A stretch of DNA of 64,000 bases from Octopus bimaculoides (lineage: Eukaryota): positions 96,016,965 to 96,080,964 of the forward strand of contig NC_068986.1 in the NCBI RefSeq assembly GCF_001194135.2, given 5' to 3'. Every line of letters begins with the position of its first letter. The first letter of the stretch is position 1. Below the pieces are notes generated by a model. The model saw only the letters and a program-made list of their open reading frames with translations. It ran no database searches and was not told where the DNA came from. Below are positions 63,890-64,000 of the stretch, in pieces. The translations under genes and the position numbers were made by a program.

Positions 63890-63940
63890 TTAACACAACG
63901 TTTCGGCTGACACACCCTCCAGCCTTCATCAGGCATACTG
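63890..63940 (-). ncRNA. Minimal type I hammerhead ribozyme motif (Penelope-like)
   Basis: Minus strand AUGC-CUGAUGA-A-GGCUG(gagggugugu)CAGCC-GAAAC-GUU-GUGU: full core, 5-bp stem II, palindromic ACGU helix III. Confidence 0.7.
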
Positions 63941-64000
63941 AGATATGATTTTTACATGAGGAATTTAATAATATATTTATATATTAGATTGCTCTTGCAC

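Overview
AT-rich, intron-containing animal genomic DNA with four assembly gaps (15800-16205, 25333-25495, 34920-35605, 37762-38281). The SINE and microsatellite landscape looks like Octopus (inference from memory, not a database result). Three genes were reconstructed by hand with GT-AG junctions and consistent reading frames: the 3' part of TTI1 (+, 7 exons, 1231-9873, 5' end outside the window), a complete LYPLAL1 (-, 5 exons, 23990-14645, 235 aa) convergent with TTI1, and a complete 14-3-3 epsilon (-, 5 exons, 54451-38941, 256 aa). The rest is mobile DNA: several tRNA-derived SINE families, RTE-type LINE 3' ends, Tc1/mariner, pogo and hAT remnants and MITEs, and a Penelope-like GIY-YIG remnant. 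The most notable unexplained structures act at the RNA level: a 224-bp, about 97% identical inverted duplication in LYPLAL1 intron 1, an inverted SINE pair bracketing LYPLAL1 exon 3, a minimal hammerhead ribozyme motif at 63.9 kb, and tandem hairpin/pseudoknot modules in a retroelement tail that repeatedly sits in (TA)n tracts. I found no convincing novel protein-coding system. Most entries in the supplied ORF track are repeat or gap artefacts.
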